A stretch of 54,110 nt of DNA from Poseidonia sp. (lineage in GTDB: Archaea; Thermoplasmatota; Poseidoniia; Poseidoniales; Poseidoniaceae). The first letter of the stretch is position 1, and each line of letters starts with the position of its first letter. Shown in pieces: positions 1 to 9,300 of this stretch. A model generated the notes under the pieces. It was not told where the DNA came from. It did no database searches and saw only the letters and a program-made list of their open reading frames with translations. Where the stretch lies: the NCBI GenBank assembly GCA_038127845.1, contig JAYPIL010000004.1:1-54110 (forward strand), in the 5' to 3' direction. The position numbers and the translations under genes are program-made.

Positions 1-762
1 TTGTGCATGAGCGGTGGGTTGGAGCGGGTCTTTGAAATCGGGCCGGCCTTCCGAGCTGAAAAAAGCGACACCTACCGCCATTTGGCCGAGTTCATTTCCT
101 TTGACATCGAATGTTCTTGGGCCAACGACGACGACGTCATGGGCGTGCTGGAACGCATGCTCCACCACATTTGGAAGTCCGTCGCCGAGGAGGAGGAGTG
201 CCAACAGTTGATCGCCACCATCAACGCCTTCCGTGCTGAACAAGGCGAAGAGGCCATCGAGGTCATTGTGCCCGAACTTCCGTTCCCCCGTGTGGAATAC
301 GATGACGCCATCCGCATCATCAAAGAAAAAGGAGGCAGGATTGAATGGGGCGACGACATTGACGCTGAGAATTCCGATTTGCTGGCTGAAGACCTCCCTC
401 AATTCTACTTCCTGCCACGTTGGCCCATGTCCCTCAAACCCTTCTACATCCACCAAATTGAGGGAGAGATCGGCAGTACGGGCGAGCAACTCTCCCGTGG
501 CTTTGATCTCAACTTTGGAAGGGACGAAATGACATCAGGAGGCCAGCGGGAACACCGCATCGATGTCCTTGTTGACAACCTGCGCACCATGGACCTCGAC
601 CCTGAAGAATTCGAATTCTACGTTGCCGGATTCCGCCACGGCGTTCCACCACATGCAGGATGGGGCCTCGGCGTTGAGCGAATTTTGATGAAGTTGACCG
701 GGGCAAAGAACGTTCGGGAAACCGTGCTCTTCCCACGAGACCTCCGCCGATATTGCCCCTGA
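1..762 (+). CDS. aspS: Aspartate--tRNA ligase, C-terminal part (5' end cut by window)
   Basis: Class II aaRS motifs FEIGPAFRAE and GFRHGVPPHAGWGLGVERILM are present, and the layout is archaeal/eukaryal-type AspRS. The ORF is open at position 1 and stops at 760-762. Confidence 0.9.
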   Translation: MCMSGGLERVFEIGPAFRAEKSDTYRHLAEFISFDIECSWANDDDVMGVLERMLHHIWKSVAEEEECQQLIATINAFRAEQGEEAIEVIVPELPFPRVEYDDAIRIIKEKGGRIEWGDDIDAENSDLLAEDLPQFYFLPRWPMSLKPFYIHQIEGEIGSTGEQLSRGFDLNFGRDEMTSGGQREHRIDVLVDNLRTMDLDPEEFEFYVAGFRHGVPPHAGWGLGVERILMKLTGAKNVRETVLFPRDLRRYCP

Positions 763-826
763 TGGATGGCACCCCTGCCAAACGCCTCAACACAAGCGTC
801 ATAGGCCACGAACCCATCATTGAACC

Positions 827-1573
827 ATGGGCGTTGACCGAGTGCAGTGGGGGGCTGAAGCGTGGCAACACGCTGACCTCTACATGCCCGACGACCCATC
901 TCCGTTCCAAAAGGACGAGGGTGTTCCCTGTGTCGTGCTCATCCACGGTGGATTTTGGAAAGAGCAGTACACGCTGGACCTGATGCAACCCATCGCTCAA
1001 GACCTGGCCGAGGCGGGTGTGGCAGCTTGGAACATTGAATTCAAGCGCTGGTCAGCGGGTGATGAAGGCGTTTGGATGGATACCCTCTCCGACGTGCTGC
1101 GTGCTTGGGGTCATCTGGCGCTTCTGCCGGGCATCGACATCACCCGTTCCATGGTCATGGGCCACTCTGCAGGCGGACACCTCGCGCTGCTGATGAGTGC
1201 CAAGGCTGAGCGAAGACCTTGGTTGGCCATCGCCCAAGCCCCCATCACCGATTTGGTGGGTGCCGATCATGCTCGACTGTCCGACGACGGGGACGCTGTT
1301 CGCCGCTGGATTGGATGCTCTCCCGAAGACAACCAAACGCTCTGGATGCAACTCAATCCGGTTGACCATCCCCCCAAAACCAGCGTGTTGCTGTTTCACG
1401 GTGAACAAGATGTGGATGTCCCGCTCGAACAATCCGAAACCTACGCCCGCGTCATGAAGGCCAAGGGTGCCGACGTGCAGAAAGTGTGGTTGCCCGGGGA
1501 CCACTACGACATCATCGATGTCGCCTCCGACGATTGGCTGGTCCAACTCAACGCCATCTTGGATTGGTTGTGA
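827..1573 (+). CDS. Alpha/beta hydrolase (esterase/formamidase-like)
   Basis: VVLIHGGFW, the nucleophile elbow GHSAGGH, then GEQDVDVP and GDHYD occur in Ser-Asp-His order. ATG at 827. Confidence 0.75.
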   Translation: MGVDRVQWGAEAWQHADLYMPDDPSPFQKDEGVPCVVLIHGGFWKEQYTLDLMQPIAQDLAEAGVAAWNIEFKRWSAGDEGVWMDTLSDVLRAWGHLALLPGIDITRSMVMGHSAGGHLALLMSAKAERRPWLAIAQAPITDLVGADHARLSDDGDAVRRWIGCSPEDNQTLWMQLNPVDHPPKTSVLLFHGEQDVDVPLEQSETYARVMKAKGADVQKVWLPGDHYDIIDVASDDWLVQLNAILDWL

Positions 1574-1610
1574 TGCTAAGGCCTATGACCTACGGCATCC
1601 TCGCAGGGCC

Positions 1611-2426
1611 ATGAACCTCCTCGGAGATGACTTCCCTTACTCCACAACGGCCCTCCGCGGCAGGCACGCGTTGGTCTGCGGTGCCAGCAAAGGCATTGGT
1701 GAAGCCACGGCAAAGATGCTTGCGAAAGCGGGGGCCGACGTGACCGTTTGTGCTCGCAATGGCGCTGCGCTCGCATCGCTGTGCGAGGAACTTGCTCAAC
1801 TCGGCAATGGTCGCCATCAGGCGCTCATCCTCGATTTGGAGGAAGTTGAAGTCATCGCCTCGGCTTTCGCCTCTGCAGTTGAAACATTGGGCCCCGTCCA
1901 CATCCTCATCAACAACGCAGGCGGGCCTCCCGGAGGCCCGTTGCTCGCCAACGAAATCGGTGATTTTGACGCACCGTTCACACGCCATTTGCATGCATCT
2001 CACACGCTCGTGAAGTTGGCCGTACCGGCGATGGAAGCGAGCGGATTTGGACGCATCCTCCAAATCATCTCGACCTCGGTCAAGGAACCCATTCCCAACA
2101 TCGGCCTCTCCAACACGTTGCGTGGAGCCATGGCCTCGTGGGCGAAGTCCCTCTCAAACGAATTGCCTCCCTGCATCACCATCAACAACGTGCTGCCCGG
2201 ATTCACCGACACCGAACGCTTGGGGAATCTCTCCGCCTCCATCCAAGAGCGTACCGGCAAATCCGCTGAGGATGTACGAGCTGGGTGGCTCGATCAAGTC
2301 CCCATTCGCCGGCTCATCGACCCGCTTGAAACAGCCAGCGCCATCACCTTCCTCTGCCTTCCCGCATCTGGAGGCATTCGTGGCGTCAGTCTCGCCGTAG
2401 ACGGCGGCCGACTCCGCTCAATTTGA
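1611..2426 (+). CDS. Short-chain dehydrogenase/reductase family protein, atypical (no canonical YxxxK)
   Basis: CGASKGIGEATA Rossmann motif, NNAG, and ITINNVLPGFTDT. The ORF-track start 1467 overlaps the upstream gene, so I trimmed to the first ATG after its stop (1611). The expected Tyr/Lys positions read LSNTLR. Confidence 0.8.
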   Translation: MNLLGDDFPYSTTALRGRHALVCGASKGIGEATAKMLAKAGADVTVCARNGAALASLCEELAQLGNGRHQALILDLEEVEVIASAFASAVETLGPVHILINNAGGPPGGPLLANEIGDFDAPFTRHLHASHTLVKLAVPAMEASGFGRILQIISTSVKEPIPNIGLSNTLRGAMASWAKSLSNELPPCITINNVLPGFTDTERLGNLSASIQERTGKSAEDVRAGWLDQVPIRRLIDPLETASAITFLCLPASGGIRGVSLAVDGGRLRSI

Positions 2427-2435
2427 GGCGATGGC

Positions 2436-3281
2436 ATGGACGGTGAAGTCTCGGCTGAGCGTGCGCGTCAAATCCTGGAAGTGTTGACCGCAGGTGGTTC
2501 AATGGACCACATCAACACCTCGCTGGCCCTTCGTTTGATTCCGCTCGCACAAGAACTCGACGAAGGGGCGCTCGTGGAGCGCTTGTTGGACCACGCCAGT
2601 ACGGTTGCAACCAACGACGAGGAGCGCGGGTGGGCTCGGTTTGAAGGGCTCAAACTCATGGATGCTTCCCTCGAGAGTTTTCTCCGCCTTGCCGAGGAAG
2701 CTGAGAGTATGGAGGATGCACAAGCACTGACGGCTGCTGTCCACCATTATGTTGCACTGGTTTACCTGTCGGAGGGCCAACTTGACGAGGCAAGAGCCAC
2801 GGCCCAGCGGGCACTCCAGCTTCGACGGGTGGCACAAGACCTTGAGGGGACCGCCTACGGTATGGCGTTGCTGATGGCCATTGCAAAGCGACAACACGAT
2901 GAGGAAACGGCCATCGCCGTTGGCACCGAGCGGTTGGAGCTTCTGACCCAATTGAAAGACGAGGTGGGGCAAATGGAAGCGATCGCTGATTTGGCTCATT
3001 GCCAAGCCACCATCGGTGAATTTGGGGCTGCCAATGACCTGTTCTCGCAATCCCTCGAGCGAGCCCAAGAACTCGATAGTCTGTCCGGGCAACTCGTTGC
3101 TCGATGGGGTTTGGCCGACATCGCAGAAATCCAGCAGGACTACGAGACCGCCATGCTGGTTCTCTCCGATGCGCTCCACGTGTTCTTGGCGGCCGACATT
3201 CCAGCACCTGCTCAGCTGCGTCAACGTATTCAGGACCTGACCGAATTGAAAGACCAGCCCTCAAGCGACGATGCAGCCTAA
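2436..3281 (+). CDS. Hypothetical acidic helical-repeat (TPR-like) protein
   Basis: Clean 281-aa ORF starting 9 nt after the SDR stop. It has repeated ~34-40 aa Ala/Leu/Glu-rich helical units (e.g. ALVYLSEGQLDEARATAQRALQL). No catalytic motif recognised. Confidence 0.5.
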   Translation: MDGEVSAERARQILEVLTAGGSMDHINTSLALRLIPLAQELDEGALVERLLDHASTVATNDEERGWARFEGLKLMDASLESFLRLAEEAESMEDAQALTAAVHHYVALVYLSEGQLDEARATAQRALQLRRVAQDLEGTAYGMALLMAIAKRQHDEETAIAVGTERLELLTQLKDEVGQMEAIADLAHCQATIGEFGAANDLFSQSLERAQELDSLSGQLVARWGLADIAEIQQDYETAMLVLSDALHVFLAADIPAPAQLRQRIQDLTELKDQPSSDDAA

Positions 3282-3334
3282 ACCGCCATACCCATTATGT
3301 GCCATCGCCCCGTGGAGAAGAACGGTGAGTGAAC

Positions 3335-4585
3335 ATGGAGCATGACATCTTCTTCTCCATCTCACAAACCCCCGACGAGCACGGCCACATCCCCGATGAA
3401 GCCACCATGATGCGGAATTACTTCCAGCAGTTGACCTGTGCCGATCGACTCGGTTTTGGAACAGGATGGATTGCGCAGGCCCACCTGTCCACGGAGACGC
3501 AAAAATCGAATTTGAAACCGGTGGTCCCTCACTGGAAAGGCGAGGTGGGGTTGTGCACCGACTTTCCACAACTTGCCCTCGAATCGTTTCGCAGAACGAC
3601 CAACATCGAGATTGGCAGCGCTGTCATCTCCATTCTCGCCTCGGGCGGGCCGATTGCGCAAGCCGAACGCATCGCCAACGTGCTGAGCCTTCACGGCCTT
3701 GACGAGAACGAACACCGACGCCTTCACGTCGGCTTTTCAGCGGGACGATTTGAGTTCATGGCGCGCCCCTACGGCATCGTTCCACGAACGTCGATTGAAG
3801 AGGCTGCTTGGCCGGCGTTGCGGGGCCAGATCTTCATGGAAGCGGCTGAGATCTTTCTGCGTCTGCTTCGGGGCGATGTCATCAACTCCAACCTGATTCG
3901 CGATACGGTCTTGACGCGTGAGAATTTCCGCAGCGATGAAGACTGGCAGGCCGTGCAGGAGGCAGCCGTGGAATTTGAAGCACTTTCCGAACGCCCCGAA
4001 GAGATTCACATTCCCTCCCGCTATGTCTTTGAAGATTTGAAAATCGTTCCCAGTCATTTCCGCCGGGAATTGCTCGGATTGGTGGCAGGCACACACGACC
4101 CACGGGCACAGACCTTCGTCAACTCCATCCTGCCCGTGAAGGTCTTCAACCTCTCCATTACCTCGCCCGAGGTCATCGACGCCACCCATCAGCGGATGGC
4201 AGAGGTGTACCACAAGGACGGTGGTGCTTGGGCCCGAAGGGACATGCCACGCACCAGTTTCGTGTTTTTGAACGCCGAAGAAGGGCTGACTCTCGAGGAG
4301 CAATCGGCCGCAGCGAAGCGTGAAGCCGACACTGCTTTGGGTGCGTATTGGAACGCGCTTGAGGGTACCATTGACCCGGACAAAGTCACAAAAGCCGCCA
4401 ACAACGCCCTGATTGGAAACGTGGACGAGGTCGCTGCCCAGATGGTCGAACGCTTCCACCCGGAGGACAGGATCATGGCGTGGTTTGACTTCTTCAATCA
4501 CGATTCAGACCGGGTGTGCCGGAACATGACCGCCTACATGGAGCAGGTCGTCCCTCGGGTAGAGCAGTTGCTTGGAGGAGCATGA
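3335..4585 (+). CDS. Luciferase-like (LLM class) flavin-dependent oxidoreductase
   Basis: The N-terminal ..ADRLGFGTGWIAQAHLS and C-terminal GNVDEVAAQMVERF..DRIMAWFDF resemble LLM family signatures. ATG 3335 lies 6 nt after GGTGAG; the ORF-track GTG at 3329 is an alternative start. Confidence 0.6.
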   Translation: MEHDIFFSISQTPDEHGHIPDEATMMRNYFQQLTCADRLGFGTGWIAQAHLSTETQKSNLKPVVPHWKGEVGLCTDFPQLALESFRRTTNIEIGSAVISILASGGPIAQAERIANVLSLHGLDENEHRRLHVGFSAGRFEFMARPYGIVPRTSIEEAAWPALRGQIFMEAAEIFLRLLRGDVINSNLIRDTVLTRENFRSDEDWQAVQEAAVEFEALSERPEEIHIPSRYVFEDLKIVPSHFRRELLGLVAGTHDPRAQTFVNSILPVKVFNLSITSPEVIDATHQRMAEVYHKDGGAWARRDMPRTSFVFLNAEEGLTLEEQSAAAKREADTALGAYWNALEGTIDPDKVTKAANNALIGNVDEVAAQMVERFHPEDRIMAWFDFFNHDSDRVCRNMTAYMEQVVPRVEQLLGGA

Positions 4586-4586
4586 G

Positions 4587-5705
4587 ATGGGCGTCCATCA
4601 CGACACGTTCTCCGCCGTTCAACCGGGAAAACCCGGCTCAGCCATGTACCCCTCGTCCCCACTCGGTGAACAGGTCGAAGGCATTCCCACTGGCCGTGAA
4701 GTGGCATGGGAGCCGCTGGTGGATTACCGAAGAAACGGCGTGTCGGAAACGACCATCCACGGAGCGGTGGCCTGGGCCCACGGCGACGAAGTTATCCATT
4801 CGTTTGGTGGCAACGTGCTGTGCTATGGACGTTCGATGATGAAGCCCTTCATGCTCAAGGCGTTCACGGATGAACTGAAAGACTGTTCGTGGGAACAAAA
4901 GGCGATTGCCGTGGCCTCCCACAACGGTGATACCGAACACGTGGCTGCAGCTCAGTCGCTGCTCAACGAATCTGAATGGCCGCTGATGCTTACGCCGTTG
5001 GATGTTCCGCTGATTCAATTTGGCCGTCAAGTCCGAAGGCCTCGCCGTTGGTTTCACACCTGTTCGGGCGAGCACGCTGCCATCCTGCGTGGATGTCGCA
5101 AGAAGGGCTGGAAAAGAGCCGGCTACACCTTGCCGACGCACGAGGTCTTTCACGCCTACATGGAGCAGTTAAGAACCTACCTCGGCACGGCGTGGAAGCC
5201 GTTGCGCATCGCCAAAGACGGATGTGGATTGCCGACGGTCTCGAACACGGTATCTGAATTGGCTCAAATCTATGCGGGCCTCGTACGTGACAAAGATGAC
5301 GATTGGATTTGGGAGGCCATGGTCCGTCACCCCGACCTTGTTGGTGGATTCAATCGCCTCGATTCAACCATCCTCAAAGCGGGCGAAGGCAGAGTCATCG
5401 CCAAGGAGGGGGCTGACGGCTTGTTGGGCATGGCCATTGAACATCCCGACTATCCCAAAGGCTTGGGAATCGTGGTCAAAATCGCCCACGGATGGAATTC
5501 GCAAGCCACGTGGTACGTGGCCCGGGCTCTCCTCGGTGTCTTGGGCATCAACTTGAGAAACCCCTATCCCCTTCATCGTCAAAAGGCCTTCATCGTCCCC
5601 GGTATCGTTCCAGAGGCGTACCTTGACGTGCTGGAAACGGTGCCGACATGGGATGAATGGGACCCCGATCAGGACCGCTGGCATTACGACCACGAGGTGG
5701 AATGA
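4587..5705 (+). CDS. Asparaginase II family (amidohydrolase-like) protein
   Basis: Motifs ASHNGDTEH, CSGEHAAIL, DGCGLPT and KEGADGLLG match my recollection of the L-asparaginase II (PF06089-type) family. ATG 4587 is 1 nt after the upstream stop and is preceded by GGAGGAG. Confidence 0.7.
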   Translation: MGVHHDTFSAVQPGKPGSAMYPSSPLGEQVEGIPTGREVAWEPLVDYRRNGVSETTIHGAVAWAHGDEVIHSFGGNVLCYGRSMMKPFMLKAFTDELKDCSWEQKAIAVASHNGDTEHVAAAQSLLNESEWPLMLTPLDVPLIQFGRQVRRPRRWFHTCSGEHAAILRGCRKKGWKRAGYTLPTHEVFHAYMEQLRTYLGTAWKPLRIAKDGCGLPTVSNTVSELAQIYAGLVRDKDDDWIWEAMVRHPDLVGGFNRLDSTILKAGEGRVIAKEGADGLLGMAIEHPDYPKGLGIVVKIAHGWNSQATWYVARALLGVLGINLRNPYPLHRQKAFIVPGIVPEAYLDVLETVPTWDEWDPDQDRWHYDHEVE

Positions 5706-7153
5706 TGGATCCTGTCATGAACTTCATCAACGGGAACTTTGTTCCTGCAGGCTCGGGACAAACCATCGACACGGTCAATCCAGCCACGGGTCAGGTCATC
5801 ACCACCCTGCCCCGCTCATCGTCCTCGGACGTGGAGAACGCTACGCAGGCCGCCTTGGAAGCGGGTGAAACGTGGGGCGCCACGAGCATGGAGGAGCGCA
5901 TTGCATGGCTGCATCGAATTGCAGATGCGCTCGAGGAAGGTGCAGAGACCATCGCTCAACTCGAAAGCATCGACACAGGCAAACCGATTTCCCTCTCGAG
6001 ACGCGTGGATGCCGCCCGTTCCGTGGCCAATTTCAGATTCTTCGCAGACTATGCTCGTCAGCAGGAGGAGGCGACCTTCACCGACCACGGCGCCGTGAAT
6101 GTGGTCCATCGTTCACCGGTTGGCGTGGTGGGTCTCATCACCCCGTGGAACCTGCCGCTGTATCTGCTCTCATGGAAGGTGGCCCCTGCCTTGTTGATGG
6201 GCAACACCATCGTGGCCAAACCCTCTGAACTAACCCCGCTCACGGCTCACTTTTTGGCACAAACCGTGAAGGCCATTGGCCTGCCCGACGGCGTCTTCAA
6301 CCTCGTTCACGGTTACGGACCCGATGTCGGCCAAGCCATCGTCGAACATCCCAGCATACGAGGTATTTCCTTCACGGGCGGAACCGCCACGGGGAAAATC
6401 GTCGCTGCAACCGCCGCCCCGATGTTCAAGAAACTCTCACTGGAACTTGGTGGAAAAAACGCCACCGTCGTTCTTGAAGACGCACCGCTGGACGACATGA
6501 TGGACGGCATCGTCCGAGCCTCGTTCACCAATTCGGGACAAGTGTGCTTGTGCGGCTCACGCATCCTCGTCCACGCTTCGCTTTACGATGAATTCATGAC
6601 GAAATTTGTTCAAGCCGTCAACAACATCCGAGTTGGCGACCCCTTGGATGAGGGCACCGTGATGGGTTCGGTCATTTCTGAAGACCATCGGAAGAAAGTC
6701 GAATCGTACATTGAACTCGGCATGGCAGAGGGTGGTACGGTGCTGACCGGAGGAACCAGCAAGATGACTCCCGTGGACGGCGTTTCACCATCGGGGGCGT
6801 TTTTGCGGCCAACCGTCATCGCCGACCTCGACCCCTCAAGCCGAACGGCCACCGAGGAAATCTTCGGCCCGGTCGTCACGGTACACGCATTCAACACGGA
6901 AGCGGAAGCCATCGCCATGGCCAACATCACCGAATACGGTCTTGCAGGCTCCGTATGGACGGGCGATACCGAGCGAGGTCATGCCTTTGCCAAACGCATG
7001 GAAAGCGGTATTGTGTGGGTCAACACGTGGCTCAACCGAGACCTTCGAACGCCGTTTGGTGGTGTGAAACAATCGGGCGTTGGACGAGAAGGAGGTACCT
7101 GGTCAATGAGCTTCTTTTCGGAAATGACCAACATCTGCATCCAACAGCCTTGA
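5702..7153 (+). CDS. NAD(P)+-dependent aldehyde dehydrogenase (semialdehyde dehydrogenase-like)
   Basis: ALDH hallmarks are present: ITPWNLPL, ELGGKN (catalytic Glu), FTNSGQVCLCGSRILV (catalytic Cys) and EEIFGPV. ATG 5702 overlaps the upstream TGA (ATGA). Confidence 0.9.
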   Translation: MMDPVMNFINGNFVPAGSGQTIDTVNPATGQVITTLPRSSSSDVENATQAALEAGETWGATSMEERIAWLHRIADALEEGAETIAQLESIDTGKPISLSRRVDAARSVANFRFFADYARQQEEATFTDHGAVNVVHRSPVGVVGLITPWNLPLYLLSWKVAPALLMGNTIVAKPSELTPLTAHFLAQTVKAIGLPDGVFNLVHGYGPDVGQAIVEHPSIRGISFTGGTATGKIVAATAAPMFKKLSLELGGKNATVVLEDAPLDDMMDGIVRASFTNSGQVCLCGSRILVHASLYDEFMTKFVQAVNNIRVGDPLDEGTVMGSVISEDHRKKVESYIELGMAEGGTVLTGGTSKMTPVDGVSPSGAFLRPTVIADLDPSSRTATEEIFGPVVTVHAFNTEAEAIAMANITEYGLAGSVWTGDTERGHAFAKRMESGIVWVNTWLNRDLRTPFGGVKQSGVGREGGTWSMSFFSEMTNICIQQP

Positions 7154-7167
7154 GAACACATCTTCAA

Positions 7168-7908
7168 ATGCCTCCTGTCCCATTCCCCAACATGGACACC
7201 GAGGACCTGCCTTTGTTTGTCCTGCCCATGGTGCTCTTCCCCGGAGAATTGCAGGAACTTCGGGTCTTTGAACCGAGGTACCGGCAGATGCTCGACACGT
7301 GCGTGCTCGACGAACGCCCGTTTGGACTGGTCCTCAACGACCCCTTTGAGCCGACCAACGGGTGGGACGGTCCACGACGTCACGGTTGCGAAGCGATCAT
7401 CCTCAACCATGAAACACGGGGAATGAACCACTTCATCACCATCACGGGCGGCCGTCGTTTCTTTATCGAAGAGGTGGTTGAACCCGCCCTTCCGCCGCTG
7501 CATCACCCGGATATGGAGGGCCTCGTTGAGGGAGGGATAACACCTGATGTCCACACCTTGTTGCAGGAGGTCCCCGACGACCATCCCCACCATCGCCTCT
7601 ACATCTCGGCAAAGGTGCGCTATCTCGAAGAAACCGGCACCCTTTCCGATGAAGAGCAAACGGTTCTCAAATCGATCACGACAAAACTCATCCATCGTGC
7701 GGGAGCGGGCATGTCCGTTGACAAAACCGTGCTTGAAGAGTGGGTCAACGCGTTGTGCGATGAACAGATCAGCGCCGAGCGCTCCTCCATTTACAACGTG
7801 GCTGCCCTCTGCATGAACGACCTTGAAGCGCGTCAACAACTGTTGGCATCGTCGACCGCTGAAGAAGCGATGCACGAACTCCAAGCCCACCTCGCCGACT
7901 TGGTCTGA
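7168..7908 (+). CDS. Stand-alone LON protease N-terminal (substrate-binding) domain protein
   Basis: [32 protein letters not shown] is the typical LON N-domain opening. The ORF-track start 6955 lies inside the ALDH gene, so I trimmed to ATG 7168. Confidence 0.75.
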   Translation: MPPVPFPNMDTEDLPLFVLPMVLFPGELQELRVFEPRYRQMLDTCVLDERPFGLVLNDPFEPTNGWDGPRRHGCEAIILNHETRGMNHFITITGGRRFFIEEVVEPALPPLHHPDMEGLVEGGITPDVHTLLQEVPDDHPHHRLYISAKVRYLEETGTLSDEEQTVLKSITTKLIHRAGAGMSVDKTVLEEWVNALCDEQISAERSSIYNVAALCMNDLEARQQLLASSTAEEAMHELQAHLADLV

Positions 7909-7963
7909 AGGACCGACATCGTGCAGGCGAGTGTTTGAAAACGATACGGCGAGTGGAAAGTCC

Positions 7964-8785
7964 ATGTCCGTTTACGGTGCAGCACGCAAAGTCACGACGC
8001 ACACGCTTCAAGAAATGAAGCGAGCGGGCGAGAAAATCACGATGCTCACGGCCTACGACTATTCCTTGGCCAAACTGGTCGACCAGGCAGGCGTGGACGT
8101 CATCCTTGTCGGCGACTCCGCCTCCAACGTGATGGCGGGTCAGGTCACCACCGTGCCGATGACCCTCGACCACATGATCTACCACGCTCAGTGCGTTGAG
8201 CGAGCCGTCGACCGTGCTTTGCTGGTCGTGGACATGCCCTTCGGAACCTATCAGGGGAACTCACGCCAGGCACTCGATTCAGCCGTTCGCATCATGAAGG
8301 AGTCCAGCGGGCACGCCGTCAAATTGGAAGGTGGAGCAGAGATCGTTGAGTCCGTCCAGCGGATTTTGACGGCGGGTATTCCCGTGATGGGCCACCTCGG
8401 GTTGACGCCGCAATCCATCTACAAGTTCGGTACGTACACCGTTCGTGCCAAAGAGGAGGAAGAAGCCGAGAAATTGATTGCTGATGCAAAAATTCTCGAA
8501 GAGGCCGGTTGCTTTGCCATCGTTCTCGAAAAGATTCCTCGGGACCTGGCACAGCGTGTCACGGAGGCGCTGAGCATCCCCACCATCGGCATCGGTGCAG
8601 GACCGGACGTCGATGGACAAGTGCTCGTGTTGCACGACGTGCTCGGCATCACGATGGATTTCTCACCTCGCTTTTTGCGCCGTTATCTCAACCTCGCCGA
8701 GGAGATTGACGGCGCCCTCAAGCAATACTGCGATGATGTTCGTGCGGGTGACTTCCCGAACGATGAAGAGTCCTACACCTCGTGA
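7964..8785 (+). CDS. panB: 3-methyl-2-oxobutanoate hydroxymethyltransferase
   Basis: [36 protein letters not shown]..., [10 protein letters not shown] and KLEGG are classical PanB motifs. Start trimmed to ATG 7964. Confidence 0.9.
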   Translation: MSVYGAARKVTTHTLQEMKRAGEKITMLTAYDYSLAKLVDQAGVDVILVGDSASNVMAGQVTTVPMTLDHMIYHAQCVERAVDRALLVVDMPFGTYQGNSRQALDSAVRIMKESSGHAVKLEGGAEIVESVQRILTAGIPVMGHLGLTPQSIYKFGTYTVRAKEEEEAEKLIADAKILEEAGCFAIVLEKIPRDLAQRVTEALSIPTIGIGAGPDVDGQVLVLHDVLGITMDFSPRFLRRYLNLAEEIDGALKQYCDDVRAGDFPNDEESYTS

Positions 8786-9274
8786 TCAACCGAAGAGGTT
8801 GAACGCCAGAATAGAACCACCCAACGCTCCGATGTTCACACCGAGCGTATGCCACAAGGCGTAACGAAACGGCGGAAGGTGGAAGCGCCACCACGAGGTG
8901 CTGATCCAAATCCATACCACGATGGCAACATAGCCGCCACAAATCAATGCCCCAAAGCCCGTGGTCCAAACGCCTCCGAAAAACAGTGCGAGAACCGACA
9001 CACCTCCGAGGTATTCCTTCCACCTGGATCCGTCATGCGGGGTGAGCCAACGGTGAAACAACGGTGAAAGAAACAGGAAAAGCAACAGCGCAGCGTGAAT
9101 GGGGTTGGGCATTGGGTAGGGAAGGTGCGGTTGAACCTGCACCTGCCACACCGCTCCGACGAGCATGCCAAACAAGGCTGGTGCACCCACGTTGGTCCAC
9201 GTTTCTTGCCATGTCGCCGAGGAAGGGGGAACAGACACGGTTTCGGACATTGCCGTGTCAACCACCTCGTCCAT
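8786..9274 (-). CDS. Hypothetical integral membrane protein (~4 TM)
   Basis: 162-aa ORF with several hydrophobic segments (ALLLFLFLSPLF, GVSVLALFFGGVW, GALICGGYVAIVVWIWI, VNIGALGGSILAF). Its stop directly abuts the panB stop. Confidence 0.55.
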   Translation of the reverse strand: MDEVVDTAMSETVSVPPSSATWQETWTNVGAPALFGMLVGAVWQVQVQPHLPYPMPNPIHAALLLFLFLSPLFHRWLTPHDGSRWKEYLGGVSVLALFFGGVWTTGFGALICGGYVAIVVWIWISTSWWRFHLPPFRYALWHTLGVNIGALGGSILAFNLFG

Positions 9275-9300
9275 GAATTACCCACAGGGAGGTCCTGTTT

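Noticed and set aside
827-1573. Reading the alpha/beta hydrolase as kynurenine formamidase, and the whole left arm as a tryptophan/kynurenine pathway
   Set aside because: HGGFW and GHSAGG motifs are shared by many esterases. No TDO, kynureninase, KMO or ACMSD-like genes are present, so the evidence is insufficient.
1467-1610. 5' extensions of ORF-track ORFs, with starts at 1467, 5657, 6955, 7823, 10146, 16202, 25002, 42063, 42997 and 50784
   Set aside because: The extensions overlap the preceding or opposing gene and encode Arg/Cys/Pro-rich junk. Internal starts give canonical N-termini, usually with an SD-like GGAGG/GGTGA upstream.
3737-4501. Long antisense or out-of-frame ORFs inside well-supported genes. 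Others are at 10803-11678, 13293-14081, 14157-14837, 28753-29598, 32726-33727, 34715-35842, 35963-36700, 46912-47619 and 48463-49269.
   Set aside because: Each lies wholly within a gene with strong motif support on the other strand or frame. Their composition is Arg/Gly/His/Val-rich and low in information, consistent with codon-bias shadows.
6979-7965. 328-aa minus-strand ORF opposite the LON-N domain gene
   Set aside because: The plus-strand frame carries the clear LON N-domain signature and fits the neighbouring gene ends. The minus-strand ORF has no recognisable features.
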